This document shows, piece by piece, positions 1 through 13,347 of a stretch of DNA of 64,000 nucleotides (position 1 is the stretch's first letter; each line of letters starts with the position of its first letter). Below the pieces are notes generated by a model that was not told the origin of the DNA, searched no databases, and saw only the letters and a list, made by a program, of their open reading frames with translations. Origin of the DNA: Chrysemys picta bellii (lineage: Eukaryota). The translations under genes and the position numbers were made by a program. Location: the NCBI RefSeq assembly GCF_011386835.1, contig NC_088803.1:19158001-19222000 (forward strand), given 5' to 3'.

Positions 1-344
1 CGTCTTGTTTCATTCTCCAGAATGAGGAAGCTCATGACTTTCACTGAGACTATGTGGATTATCTTAGTGACCAACTGTCACTTACTACACAAATTAGGTT
101 TGACTCAATTTTTTTGTTTGTTTTTAAACCTTGGCTTAAAAACAAACAAGTTATGCTGGTGCAATATTATCGCTGTGGTAGAACTGAAGTGAGGAAAGTC
201 AAAGTTATGGTTCCAACTTCAACAATAACTCAGCTGCACTAAACACAAGTCAGATATGAATGGGTAAACTATACAAATGCAGTGCTACCAAGATTACCCA
301 AAATGCTGCTTCCTGAAATAGGTATCATAGGACATGACCTATAA

Positions 345-680
345 CAGGGCTCGGCAACGTTCAGCATGCGGCTCGCCAGGGTAAACACCCTGGCGGGCTG
401 GGTCAGTTTTACTTACCTGTTGACGTGGCAGGTTCGGCTGATCGCGACCCCCACTGGCCGCGGTTTGCCGTCCCGGGCCAATGGGGGCAGTGAGAAGCTG
501 CGGCCAGCACATCGCTCGCCCGCGCCACTTCTCGCCGCCCCCATTGGCCCGGGACGGCGAACCGCGGCCAGTGGGGGCCGCGATCGGCCGAACCTGCCGC
601 GTCAGCAGGTAAATAAAACTGGCCCGGCCTGCCAGGATGCTTATCCTGGCGAGCCGTGTGCCGAACGTTGCCAACCCCTG
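345..680. mobile_element. Non-autonomous hAT (Charlie-like) MITE
   Basis: Termini CAGGGCTCGGCAAC / GTTGCCAACCCCTG; perfect 8-bp TSD ACCTATAA (337-344, 681-688). Confidence 0.85.
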
Positions 681-1951
681 ACCTATAACATTGACCATTC
701 CCCTCTATTATCCAAAAATTAGATTCACTGTCCCCCGCTGTATCAAACAATGGATGTTATATACATGTATGCAAGGGGACTAAATGGATTGATGCTGTGG
801 GAAGATATAAGATCCAGCTATAGCACTGAACATGAAAAAACCCTACAAGTAATTATATTGAGCTTAGCTGCCTTTGAGCATTTGATACACACCATATTTA
901 CTACAGAGCACCCATTCACCATGACTCACAGACAGCAACATCTCTCAAAAACTGATGTTCTGTCTGGAGCAGCTGTTCAGACAAAGCACTCTGACAACAA
1001 GAAGTAGTGTGGTATTAATTAACTGGAGACTTCCATTTTTATTAGTTGTCAACCAAGAGTACACTTTGTTAACGCTTGGGACAATTTTTAAATGGGCATT
1101 TAGCAAAGTGAATTTTCAAGTTCAGACTGGATTTTTCCGCCTACCTACCTGAATTTAAAACAATTCAGGAAGATGTTCAAGGTCAGAAACATTAAATTCA
1201 AATTAAAGTGGATGCAGTGACCCAGGTACATTATACTTTAAACAAACTACAGGGAGGAGCCAGCCAGAGACTCCAGCTAGTAAAAGTGACCAAAGAAGGG
1301 ACCCACAGACGCAGATATCATCAGAATTTTCTAGTTTTGACTGGACCTTCTCCACTCTGTGCTAACTGGCTATTTGTTCCAATGCTTCCCCTCCCCCCGT
1401 TTTCATCTCAGCCTTATACCGGCCTTTCCTGGCCTTCACTTCTCCCCTGCAACGCACATACACCATTTGTCCTTTAAAGTTATTCTATGCACAGTTAAAT
1501 ATGGATGGCCCCATTTTCAGAGCTGCTACAACTGACTTCAATGGGAGCTGCAGGTGCTTGGAACACCTTTAAAAACTTACGCCAAGAAGTTACTTCCTCG
1601 GTGAACCTTGATGTAAAATTTGGGCCCCTTTAACAGACTTTTAAAGAACGTAAATAAGGCATTCTGAATACACTTCAGCTGAAAAACTAGCTTCCCTATT
1701 TCCTTGACATTTCCCAAGACTTTCTTAAAGATTTCTCCATACCTCCTGAGGTTTGGCATCAAAGACACTGAAGAAATACCATGGTTGGTGAATAGGGAAA
1801 ATTCTTTGGGGTTGCCCCTTTCTCTTTCTCTCCCCCCCCCCCCCCAAGAGAAGAGTTTAATCAGTCACCTCTCCCCACAAGGTCATATGCTCTACAAGAT
1901 CATCAGGATCTTGTCCGTGGTACATTTCCTCTAGGTCACTAGGATATAGCA

Positions 1952-2068
1952 GGTTTCAGAGTAGCAGCCGTGTTAGTCTGTATCCGCAAGAAGAACAGGA
2001 GTACTTGTGGCACCTTAGAGACTAACCAATTTGAGCATAAGCTTTCGTGGGTTACAGCCCACTTCATC
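1952..2068 (-). mobile_element. Short Penelope-like element terminal fragment
   Basis: Reverse complement of the Penelope terminal repeat at 23192-23314 and 23806-23930; flanked by the 10-bp direct repeat GGATATAGCA (1942-1951, 2069-2078). Confidence 0.7.
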
Positions 2069-2214
2069 GGATATAGCAGCATCTGAATTGGCATCTGTCC
2101 ACTTCAGGGATAGTCCTTCAGTACACGTTCTCTGGAATTCTTAATCAGGATCAGTGTGCTTACAGTACATTTGGTACAGTCAAAATACATGTATGGAAGG
2201 AGGTGAGGATTGGA

Positions 2215-3320
2215 TAGGGTGACCAGACGTCCCGATTTTATCGGGACTGTCCCGATATTTCCTTGTTTGTCCCGCGTCCCAACCGACGTGCGGTCGGGAC
2301 ACTGGACAAACAAGGAAATGCTCCAGAGCCCGGAAGTGCTCGCGCCCCCCCTGCCCCGACTCCACCCCCTCCTCCCCCGATTGGCTCCCTCCCCGAATCC
2401 CCGCCTCTTCCCCAGGCTCACCATTCCTCCTCCCACCACAAGCGCTGGAGGGAGGCCCGGGAGGCGCGGGGCCGGGGTGAGTAAGAGTCCGGCCTGGCCC
2501 CGAGCAGGCAGAACTCAGTTGGGTGGTAGGGAGAGGATGGGGGCGGCCCGCGGGGCCAGGCGGCGGCTGTTCTTCCCTCAGGGTAGCGGGACTTGGGAGC
2601 AGCCGCTGCTGCAGCTCCCACTGCCGTGGCGGGAGGAAGCGGCCAATGGCCAAGCTCGGCGGCTGCGGCTCTGGCGCCTGGGCCCAAACCCCCCGAGCCC
2701 GGGCCTGCTGCAGGGACCCAGCAGCACGCACGCTGCGCCTAGCTGGTGCTATCGCGCAGCAGCCCCGGGGCGGAGGCATCGGCAGCCCAGCCCCGTTAGT
2801 TCCCCTGCGGAACCCGAGCGGGACGGGGGGGCTGGGGCCTGCTGCCCCCACTCCGGGGCCGCTGTGGGATAGTACCAGCTGGGCAGCAGCCCAGACACAA
2901 CTGGCCAGGGGCTGGGCGCAAGCAGCGTGCGCACTGCTGGGTCCCCGCAGCAGGCCCCGGCTCGGGGGATTCGGGCCCAGGCGCCAGAGCCGCAGCAGCC
3001 AAGCTTGGCCATCGGCTGCTTCCTCCCGCCACGGCAGTGGGAGCTGCAGCAGCAGCTGCTCCCAAGTCCCGCTGCCCGGGGGGGAGAACAGCTGCCGCCT
3101 GGCCCTGCGGGCCGCCCCCCTCCTCTCCCTTCCGCCCGACTGAGTCCTGCCTGCTCGGGGCCAGGCCGGACTCTTACTCACCCCGGCCCCGCGCTTCCCC
3201 TGAGTCTCCCGGGCCTCCCTCCAGCGCTTGCGAGGAAGGTTTTTTTTTTGCCCCGCCCATGTCACCCTCTCCCCCTCCCCCCGCATCCCGATATTTGACT
3301 TGGGTGATCTGGTCACCCTA
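2215..3320. mobile_element. Non-autonomous hAT element (Blackjack/MER81-MER94-like TIRs) with a GC-rich inverted-repeat interior
   Basis: TIRs TAGGGTGACCAGA / TCTGGTCACCCTA; degenerate TSD GGATTGGA / TTATTGGA; same family as 6214-7365 and 30113-30310. Confidence 0.8.
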
Positions 3321-4246
3321 TTATTGGACAGTTTCAGCTTTGTTATCTATATCAGACAAACTAAGAGAAGACAGAGTCGCATTCATCCCCATCATGCTAT
3401 CTTGGACAGACTGCAGATAAAGTATTACATACACAGTGAAGGAAACAGGTGAATAAAATGGGTTAAAAGGAAAAAATAGGAGGGAGCCATGGTCAAAACA
3501 AAAAGAGCTCAATGAACACTACTAGAAGGGCAGTTTCAGTGCTGTGAAAGGGTGGAAGTCAGACTGGAAGTGATCCAAGTACAGTAGGTTATTTTGGGAG
3601 AAGTGGCTGGATAAAAATAACTGATGTGCTTCAGAGCCCACCTAGACTGAAGGTTCTACAAAGACGGTGTGAGTATCAGGAAATGCAGTACCATACATCT
3701 ATTTCTGATTTTTGGACAACAGGGTTAAATCCATCTCAGTTGTAAGTACACTGAAATCAGTAGTGCTGGTCCAAGGATGAATTCACACCAAGGAGCTTCT
3801 GGGCTTACCCCTGAATTCCATGAATAATGTTACATCAGTATTGGATTTCACCTGCCAGCATTAGTCTCACCCTCTTTACTACCACCTTTCGGGATACCAG
3901 ATAAATCACCAGAGAGTACTGAACTGTCAGGGCTCAGCCCTGCTGGGTGTAACATATACAAAGACCAGCTTCCAGTGGAGACAAGTTTAATACAGAGCCC
4001 ATGGCTAGAAGGAGGTTCCATTTTGTCTCACTTAGTATGGCTGCGGTCAACACATCACGGTGAATCTCAGTATAAAATTTCAGCTAAACAGTTAGTGAGT
4101 CTAGCCACCATGTGTGATGCCTTAATAATGGCTGTTTAACTCTAGACACCAGTTGGCAGACAAGACCTGGCATAACTCCAACACTGGTTTTAACTGACCT
4201 CTGGTTAGTGCTCACTCAAGCTGTAGTATTGCAAAGCCTCCTTACG

Positions 4247-5346
4247 TGTGACGTTCCCCTGGTGTTATCCGGACTGGTGATCTGCTAGGTCACTCCAAAC
4301 CTTGACTCTGGGGGCCAGCCTGACCCTGCTCTGCTGTGAGAACCCCCACTCCTGGGCTGTTCACATACAGCCTCTGGCATGTAAGCTGCTCCTTGGATTG
4401 TGCAACCAAATGACACTAGCCAATATCTCCGGTCCCAGACACAATCCTAGAAACCTTCGTCTTGCAGTGTCCAGTTATGCCCACTGGATGCTGCAAGCTT
4501 ATGAGAGTTTGTCAATTTAACAAAGCAATTGATATGTACCAGGCTTTTACCCCAAGGGGACTCTCTGACATGCTTCAAACCAAACGCACTGCTTCAGGTA
4601 GAACAAACAGATTTATTAACTACAGAGATAAATTTTAAGTGATTACAAGTCAAAACATAAGTCGGTTTTGGTCAAATGAAATAAAGGCAAAACACATTCT
4701 AAGCTGATCTCAACACTTTCAGTGTTTCAGTGTTACAAACTTAGATGCTTCTCACCACAGGCTGGCTGGTTGCCCTTCAGCTAGGCTTTCCCCTTTGATC
4801 AGCGCTTCAGTCGCTTGGTGGTGATGTCTGTAGAGGGAGGAGGAAGAGAGAGGAAGAGCATGGCAAACGTCTCTCCCTTTTATCATGTTCTTTTTTCCCT
4901 CTTGGCTCTGCCCCCCCCCCTTGAGAGTCAGGTGAGCATTACCTCATCGCAGTCCCAAACTGACCAAGGAAAGGGCGGTGACTCACTTGAGAGTGCAACA
5001 GATCCTTTCTTGCTACCTAGGCCAGTGTCCTTTGTTCCTGTGAGGCTGGGCTGGGTTTGTCCCATACATGCCCTGATGAGGTATGAACTGCCCCTCTGCT
5101 CTTGGAGAGTTTTTGTCTGGGCTTGTTTTAAGCTATGAGGACACATTTTCAGTCTCATAACTACATACATAAAATTACAACCTATAACATTACTAGAACA
5201 ATAATTACTATAACATTACAACAATGCTCAGTGCATCATGAGCCTTCCAAAGACACCAGACATGACAAACTTTGCATAACACACTATCATATTATAAGGA
5301 TGAACATGGGGGTGCAGGGTGTTCCCTCGAGGTACAGAATGTCACA
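4247..5346 (-). mobile_element. Solo LTR (Gypsy-type), same family as the LTRs of the element at 51283-55738
   Basis: TGTGAC...GTCACA ends; highly similar along its length to 54647-55738; minus-strand AATAAA; no clear TSD. Confidence 0.8.
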
Positions 5347-5744
5347 TGTATTCAAGAAATGAGATATCTGGGTGTGCATGCAGTGCAGAGTACATTTTTA
5401 AATGTAAAAAATAATTGGAATTTGCTGCAATTACATTGGCCAGTTTAAATGAACTATAATGGCCCTCCCCTATCCTCCCCTGATGACATTAAGCTAGGCA
5501 ATCTAAGCCCTCATTATTTCACTGATCACTGTTAAGAATTCTTTGCCTCCTCTGGCTGTCCATCCACTGTGGCCCCCACACTGGGATCAGTGGACAAGTC
5601 CCTTGAGAGTTGAACATTCTTGAAGGCTGAATCTTAATTTGATATGTGAAGGAGTCTCTGCAAGTATTTTGGGTATAGAAAGGTATGTGATTGGGGGGTG
5701 GGGCGCAGATGCTATGGAAAGCCTCAACTTGCTCCAAATCCCGA

Positions 5745-7416
5745 CAGTAGAACCTCGGCGTTACCGACACCTTGGGAATGGAGGTTGTCCGTAACTTTGA
5801 AATGTTTGTAACTTTGAATGAAGCTCCGGATCCAGCAGCTGACACTCCAGGCCACGCTTCAGCAGCAGCTGAGCTGCTCCCTACACAGCCCCTGCAGGAG
5901 TTTGCAAGCTCGTCCCCCTACCTGCAGAGGTGTGTCTGAAAACAGCCGGTCCCCCTCCCGGCGGGAGGTGGGGTGAAAGCAATGCAGACCCAGCGCTGCT
6001 CCTGCTGCCTTGGACTGGCAACCCCAGTGTCTTGCTGTAAGTGGCTGCCCCGTGCGTGGGGGTGGGAGTGGGGTGGAGACAAATGGCCCAGATGTGCCTA
6101 CCTTTAAGATGTAATACAGGTACAGTACAGTATTTGCTTTTTTTGAAGCGGGGGGGTGTCTCTGCTGCTGCCTGATTGGTTACTTACGGCTTCACTTGGA
6201 GTCCGGTTGACCGTAGGGTGACCAGACGTCCCAATTTTATCGGGACTGTCCCGATATTTCCTTGTTTGTCCCACGTCCCGACCGACATGCGGTCGGGACA
6301 CTGGACAAACAAGGAAATGCGCCGGAGCCTGGAGCCCGGAAGTGCTCGCACCCCCTCCGCCCCGACTCCACCCCCTCCTCCCCCGATTGGCTCCCTCCCC
6401 GAATCCCCGCCTCTTCCCCGGGCTCACCATTCCTCCTCCCTCCGCAAGCGCTGGAGGGAGGCCCAGGAGACTCAGAAGAAGCGCGGGGCCGGGGTGAGTA
6501 AGAGTCCGGCCTAGCCCCGAGCAGGCAGGACTCAGTTGGGTGGTAGGGAGAGGAGGGGGGCGGCCTGCGGGGCCAGGCGGCGGCTGTTCTCCCCGCCCGG
6601 GCAGCAGGACTCGGGAGCAGCCACTGCTGCAGCTCCCACTGCTGCGGGGGGAGGAAGCGGCCATGGCGCTTGGCGGCTGCGGCTCTGCCGGGCCTGAATC
6701 CCCCGAGCCTGGGCCTGCTGCGGGGACCCAGCAGCGTGCACGCTGCGCGCGCCCAGTCCCTGGCCAGTCACGTCTGGGCTGCTGCCCAGCTGGTACTATC
6801 CCGCGGCGGCCCCGGGGCGGAGGCATGGGCAGCCCAGCCCCATTCATTCCCCTGCGGGACCCGAGCGGGACGGGGGGGCTGGGGCCTGCTGTCCCCACTC
6901 TGGGGCCGCCGCGGGATAGCACCAGCTGGGCAACAGCCCAGATGCGACTGGGGGCTGGGCTCAGCGTGCGCACTGCTGGGTCCCCGCAGCAGGCCCTGGC
7001 TCGGGGGGTTTGGGGGCGCCAGAGCCACAGCCGCCGAGCGCCATGGCCGCTAACTCCCCCGCGGCAGTGGGAGCTGCAGCAGCGGCTGCTCCCGAGTCCC
7101 GGTGCCCGGGACGGAGAACAGCCGCCGCCTGGCCCCGTGGGCCGCCCCCCTCCTCTCCTTACCACCCAACTGAGTCCAGCCTGCTCGGGGCCAGGCCGGA
7201 CTCTTACTCACCCCGGCCCCGCGCTTCCCCTGAGTCTCCCGGGCCTCCCTCCAGGGCTTGCGAGGAAGTTTTTATTTGGCCCCGCCCCCCACCACGCCCC
7301 CCCACGTCACCCTCCCCCCCTTCCCCCGCGTCCCGATATTTGACTTGGGTGATCTGGTCACCCTAGTTGACCGGTCAGTCCGTAACTCTGGTGTTCGTAT
7401 CTTTGAGGTTCTACTG
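5745..7416. mobile_element. Non-autonomous TcMar/Tigger-like DNA transposon hosting a nested hAT element
   Basis: TIRs CAGTAGAACCTC / GAGGTTCTACTG, followed by TA on the right. Confidence 0.65.
6214..7365. mobile_element. Non-autonomous hAT (Blackjack-like) element nested in the Tigger-like element
   Basis: TIRs TAGGGTGACCAGA / TCTGGTCACCCTA; perfect 8-bp TSD GTTGACCG (6206-6213, 7366-7373). Confidence 0.88.
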
Positions 7417-8949
7417 TATTTAAAAGTCCAGTGATACGTTCTGTTCTATGAAATGGGATACTGTATAGAGTATGTTGGCAGGATGGCCAGAAGTCTACTT
7501 CAGGGGGGGCTTTTTGCTTGAAGTATGGAAGTGTGCTTGCTTGTAGTTTATTAGTTTAGTTATTACAGAAAGTAGGTTGGGAAGGGGAATTTTTTTTAAA
7601 TCTTGCTTCTCCAGCCCTCTGCAAACAACACTGCAGGTAACAAGGGACAGTCAGGGTTGTTTGAGGTGCCCCATCCATTCAGAAACTCAGCATAAGGACA
7701 GCATTGAGGCAGATGATCAAAGAGGCAAAGGATATGATGCTCAATCACTCCTCCTCCCCAACATCTTTTGCTGGAGGAGGACGACGGAGGGCCCCCCCCC
7801 CAACATGTTCATGTGTTTGTATTAAGAGCCCTGTCCCACAAAACTCATATTCAGTGGCAGCAAGTGGCAAAATCTGCCGCCATATCCCTTGGTACTACTC
7901 CCTCTTTTACATCAGCAGGGGACAAAGCTATCTGAAAAAAGTGAAGTGTTTAGAGAAATACGCTGAAGGGAAAGTTGAAGGACAAAATGATCACAGAGCA
8001 TTCTCACCCAGAGTGTCCTTGGATTAACAGGATAGGGAGAGTCAGGGCAGAAAGAAGGTTGAAAACATTATTTAAATTAACTGTTCAAAATTCTGTTTCC
8101 TACTGTTGTAAACGTGGCTATAGTGACAACACAGGAAGCAGATCTGTGGAGGAAGAAGATGAGACTCTGAAAAGGACACCTGCCCATTTACTTAGAGCAG
8201 AATTGCCCCATACATGAGAATAACCTCCATAAGCTATAGGAAACTGAGTTTGTACTTCCAGTTTTCACCTGCTCATATGCCAGGGCAAGGAGAGGGCAGG
8301 ACTGTCCTCCCTAAGAGTCTGGAATGGGGCTCAGTCCTTTAATCGACACATTTTATGAATGGTAGCAAGGAGGCTCAGTACCTGTGCACGGCCTCCTAGA
8401 GCTCACTACAGGAGCCATGCCACCACAGTGGCCCTTACTATTGCTAAACATCCACTCAGAAGCGGTGCCTCACATCGCACTGGGGAACGCCTAGTTTGCG
8501 ATTACTAATTATATCCGGTTTAACAGTTTATAAAGTTATATTGACTATAGCACCACCAATTGTATGGTACTACCTAGAAAAGGTTCTACCCCCTGGAGTC
8601 TAGCATTTACCCAAACAAAACTACAGATCAGACCCTTAGATTATAAAAATACTTAAAGTAGAAAACTTACTTTTATAGCACTGTTCAGACTTCTTAGTTT
8701 ATACAGTGTTGTAAGGATCCTTCTATTTTATGAGGCACCTTGCAAAGCTTTTTAGCCCTCAAATACAGAGGAGAACCACTTCAAGAGACAGAAATGAAAG
8801 TTCCTTCCAGGCATCTTGTAATGAGAGCATGGAGTAAGGAAGCCCTTTCAACACAGTTGAGCAGTGAACACCCTGAACTCGATGTGGTGGAGTAATTTTT
8901 GATAGTTATTTCTCTCAAGCTGGAAGAAAACAATAGTCACTGAAAATGT

Positions 8950-10050
8950 GTAGATGGTAAACAATGAAGAGGACAGGTCACTGATACAGAGTGATCTGGA
9001 TTGCTTGGTAAACTGGGTGCAAGCAAACTATTTTTAATATGGCTAAATATAAATGTGTACATCTAGAAACCGGGGGGGGGGGGGGGGGAAGGAGGGGGAA
9101 GTGAGCCAAAAACTTACAGAATGGGGAATTCTATCCTGGGAAGCAGTGATTGTCCACCACAACCTCCAAATCATTTTTCAGTCAGCTGAACATGAATTCC
9201 CACTGTGATGCTGTTTCCAAAAGAGCTAATGCAATCCTGGGATGCACAAACAGGGGAATCTCAAGTAGGAGTAGAGATGTTATTTTATCTCTACAGCTGG
9301 CAACAGTGCAACCAGTCCTGGAATACTGTGTCCAGTTCTGATGCCCGCGATTCAAGAAGGATGTTGATACACTGGAGAGGGTTCAGAGACTTGATTAGAC
9401 ACCAAGAATCTACATAGGGAATAAATATTTAATAGAGGGCTCCTCAATCTATCAGAGAAAGGTATAACATGATCCAATGGCTAGAACAGGGGTTGGCAAC
9501 CTTTCAGAAGTTGTGTGCCAAGTCTTCATTTATTCACTCTAATTTAAGGTTTCGCGTGCCAGTAATACATTTAAACGATTTTAGAAGGTCTCTTTCTATA
9601 AGTCTATAATATATAACTAAACTACTGTTGTATGTAAAGTAAATAAGGTTTTTAAAATGTTTAAGAAGCTTCATTTAAAATTAAATTAAGAAACAGAGCC
9701 CCCCGGACTGGTGGCAAGGACCCGGGCAGTGTGAGTGCCACTGAAAAATCAGCTCCCGTGCCGCCTTTGGCACACTTGCAATAGGTTGCCTACCCCTGGG
9801 CTAGAAGTTGAAGATAGATAAATACAGACTGGAAATAAGGCATACCTTTTAACAGCTGGAGCAGTTAGCCACTGGAACAACTTACTAAGGATTGTGGTGG
9901 ATTCTCCATCACTGATAATTTTCAAATCACAATTGGATGTTTTTCTAAAAGATCTGCACTAGAATTTATTTTGGGGAAGTTCTATGGTCTGTATTATACA
10001 GGAGGTCAGATTAGATGATTACAGTGGTCCATTCTGGCCTTGGAAATATA
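8950..10050 (+). mobile_element. Degraded 5'-truncated CR1 LINE 3' fragment
   Basis: Translates to CR1 ORF2 C-terminal motifs (CDAVSKRANAILGC...PVLEYCVQF), matching the intact ORF2 in this window; interrupted by a MITE. Confidence 0.75.
9487..9798. mobile_element. hAT (Charlie-like) MITE inserted in the CR1 fragment
   Basis: Termini CAGGGGTTGGCAAC / GTTGCCTACCCCTG; perfect 8-bp TSD GGCTAGAA. Confidence 0.85.
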
Positions 10051-11179
10051 TCAATCTATGAAAGCTGTAACCAAGGGTCTGGTTTACCTAAAACTTCAGT
10101 CAATCTAGCTATATTGCTTAGGGGGTGTGAAAAATTCACACCCAAGAGACATAGTTAAGCCAACCTTAGTCATGGTGCAAACACTGCTAGATGGAAGAAT
10201 TTTCCATCAACCTAGTTACCACTTCTCAAGAGGTACTTGAGGGTACTCATTACTACTGCAATGGAAGGGGTTTTCCCATCGCTGTAGCAAATGTCTACAC
10301 TACAGTAATACAGCAGCGCCACTGCAGCATTTGTAGTGTAGACACAACCCAAGACTCAAAACTGACTCACCAACAATGCAGATTGAGCTGCAATACAATT
10401 AATACACAGCTAGAAACACAATTAAGTCTTGTGATAATCAGACAGCCCAACTGTACGTATACACTGGGTACAATATGGCTTAGACCTAGAGAAGCGGTTC
10501 TTCAGAGTAGCTTAAAGCAGTGTCCTGAGCACAGGTTAAAAAAAGGCAACTGGAATCTGAAAGATTGAGTGAGCACCGCTGACATTTACCACACAAAGGT
10601 CAGCCAGTTGCTAGAGCTAGCACTGCCTGGCACGGCTCGGCTTCTGCTACACTTGAGAGAAACGCTGTAGAGAGGATTAAAATAACAGTCTAACATTTTT
10701 CTCCAATCAAAACGAATGATCCTTCATTAGACTGTTCAACCAATGGGAAATAAGCCTGAACGGTAGAGAATAATGTAACGTTTAGTTTAAATGCACAAAA
10801 AGACGAATGCCACAGTGCGCGAGTTCTCTCAGCTGACCGTGCAGCAACAGCTAGTTCCCCTCGAAAGTGTGCCAACACCAATAATGCTGGTGCACCAAAA
10901 AGGAATTTAATCTAGTTTAGATTCATTTTTCCAATTTGAACTGGTTGCCGAGACAGAGCCAATAGTGGCCAAACGGCAGGCGTACCAAAGAAGAGGGTTT
11001 TACTTTTGAGCTAAGAGAGAATTTCATTTCATGCTAATTGAAAGACTCATTGCAGATTACCACATTTTTGCTTGCTTAAGGTTCTGCAAGCCAGTCAACC
11101 CTAAGAAGCTGAAAGACGCTACATCACATAATACTATTGAGTTTTATCATAAAACTTGACAGTATACTAGGAAATGTAC

Positions 11180-12280
11180 TGTAGTACTGAGACACTTTGG
11201 GAGTTCACCCTGACCAGTAAGAGGTTTTGTCCCACCTGCCCTCTAACTCTGGATGCCTCTGGGCTGCGCAGCTTTGGCACAGAATCCGGACACAAGCAGC
11301 ACGCTCACAGCACAATGGTTTCACCCCTGCTTCCACCAGACCAGCTACTCCTTGCAGGGTGACCCCAACACCTCCTCTGGTCCCAATTCTCCCCAAAACT
11401 GTCTCCCCTGCAGCGTCCAGTCCCTCTGACCTCTGAGTGCTCAGTAACACCAATTTCACTACCTCCAAAAAGCCAGGACACACACCAACCTGTTAACTCA
11501 GCTGGAGTTATACACTCCACCCCAATACACAGCACTGAGATGATTTGCAGTAAAACTAAGAATAGGTTTATTAAAAAAAAATCTCTTAAATGTGTTTGTT
11601 GAAGTGCAAGAGATATGAAAGGATTATAAACAAAATAATAGTATTTATAGTGTCTAAAACTTAACTCTAGCAAGATACATCTTTGCCTAATCTAGTTTCT
11701 TATTCACATCAAGGGGTCAGCGTTCTCCAGCTGGATTAGCAGGAGAACCCATCTTTCATAGGTCAAAGAACGTAGCATTTTGCTTCTCTCACTTGGTAGA
11801 TCCCCCAAAAGTCTTTCAAGCAGATCTTTGTATCCCCAAAGTTTTTGTCTTCAAAGTCAGAAAGCCCTCCTGGAGGCTCAGCTTCCCATATCCACTAGGG
11901 AGCAGACACCACATTACTTTTGCAGTCTCCTGTGGCTTACAATGCAAATGATCTTCCTGCAATCTCCCAAGCAAGTGAACAGCCCATTGTTCCAGTCCCT
12001 GGTCACACCTGGCTCTGTTTGCAATTGAGACAGAGGTTTTTGCCCTTCTCCTTTGTCGGGAAAAAAGCCTGCTTTGCCTCCTTTGTCTGTTTACAGTCTC
12101 CAAAACAGTATTAGAGCATCCAGAATTTCACACACAATGTTATTACATACATTTCCCAGTGACATCAACAACCAATGTGTTATTAGTTTTCAAATGATAT
12201 ATTACAAGGCAACGTTTAAATGAATATCATGGCAACAGTGTGAGGTGCATTGAGCTGGTCAGGCCAGTTGAGATTTACTG
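11180..12280 (-). mobile_element. Probable LTR-like repeat abutting the truncated protease copy A (boundaries approximate)
   Basis: LTR-like composition and a minus-strand AATAAA near 11567; ends not resolved and no TSD found. Confidence 0.35.
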
Positions 12281-12578
12281 TTAAATACCAGAGAGCCCTT
12301 TCCCATCACTCCACCCCCTTGGACCTCACATGGCTGCAGATACCGCCCCCATCCCATGCCTTGCACCCCCTGTGGCCTCACACTGCTGCAGGCACCACCC
12401 TCATCCCATCATCCCGCCCCCAGTGACCTCACATTGCTGCAGGTAACACCCCGATCCCATCACCCCGCCCCCAGTGACCTCCTGCCATGTATTGGCTGCA
12501 TTTGCTTTCTCCTTGGATTGGTCCATCCATGACTCTGACTTTCTTGCTGACCGCGAGCCTCGTGTCCTGTCTTTGCAG

Positions 12579-13347
12579 CTGGCGCACCCAGCCAGGCTGA
12601 ATGAATGGGTGGGGCTCATCTCCTTGCCCTGCGCCTGGCAGGGCGTGCGCCCTGGGGCCATGTGCAGCGTCGCCAGCTGGGGCCGGACAAGCGCCCGCAG
12701 CGCAAAGGGCTCGGATGTGCTCTGGGAGGTGGACGTGGCGGTGCTGGAAGATTACGTGTGTCTGAGGAATCCTGACCAGGTCTATCGTTACTATAATGCC
12801 TCCACCATGCTTTGTGCAGGGGATCCAAAACAGGGCAAAGACTTCTTTAAGGTAAACATTCTCCTGGCTTCAAGAGGCCCCAGTTCCTTCTGAGGAGCAG
12901 TGAATCTCAGGATTGCAACTGGGCCTGTGAGCAAAGATCAGAGACCAGCCCCCTGCAGCGCTAGGCGCTGTACAAATGAATAACAATTCTTCTCCCGGGA
13001 GGAGGGAGCGAGCAGCTGGGTGGGGGGATGGAGCCCACTGAGACCGGTTGGGCTGGGGGAGGAGGGGGCGATGCTGAAACCAGCTGTGCCAGGGCAAGGG
13101 GGGTAAAGTCTCTGAGCTGTATGTCAGGACTTGAAGAACAGCTGGAAACCGATCTGTCAAGTTGTTCTTGTCACCTGCTTCTTGTTTTAATTCTCAGGGT
13201 GACTCCGGAGGGCCCTTGGTGTGCGGCAAAACAGCCGAGGGCATTGTCTCTTGGGGCTCCCTCAATGGGACCCCCCCTGCAGTGTACACTAGAGTCTCCA
13301 GATTCGTCCCCTGGATCCTGGAGATCCTGAGAACTCTGCAGTCCTGA
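12579..13347 (+). pseudogene. Protease copy A: granzyme/chymase-family S1 serine protease, exons 4 (12579-12851) and 5 (13198-13347) only
   Basis: AG/GT-bounded exons encode LAHPARLNEWVGLISLP...MLCAGDPKQGKDFFK|[11 protein letters not shown]...GIVSWG...[15 protein letters not shown]. No exons 1-3 found upstream in the window; only intron-3 minisatellite remnants (~12320-12480) precede exon 4. Confidence 0.8.

Noticed and set aside
2104-3420. Long overlapping ORFs (up to 378 aa) on both strands; similar set at 6104-7366
   Set aside because: They lie in GC-rich non-autonomous hAT elements with few stop codons; low-complexity products with no transposase motifs.
10690-10881. Possible minus-strand terminal exon (AYFPLVEQSNEGSFVLIGEKC*) and nearby CpG-containing hairpin-like sequence
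   Set aside because: No family recognised, no partner exons, and no snoRNA box motifs that I could support.
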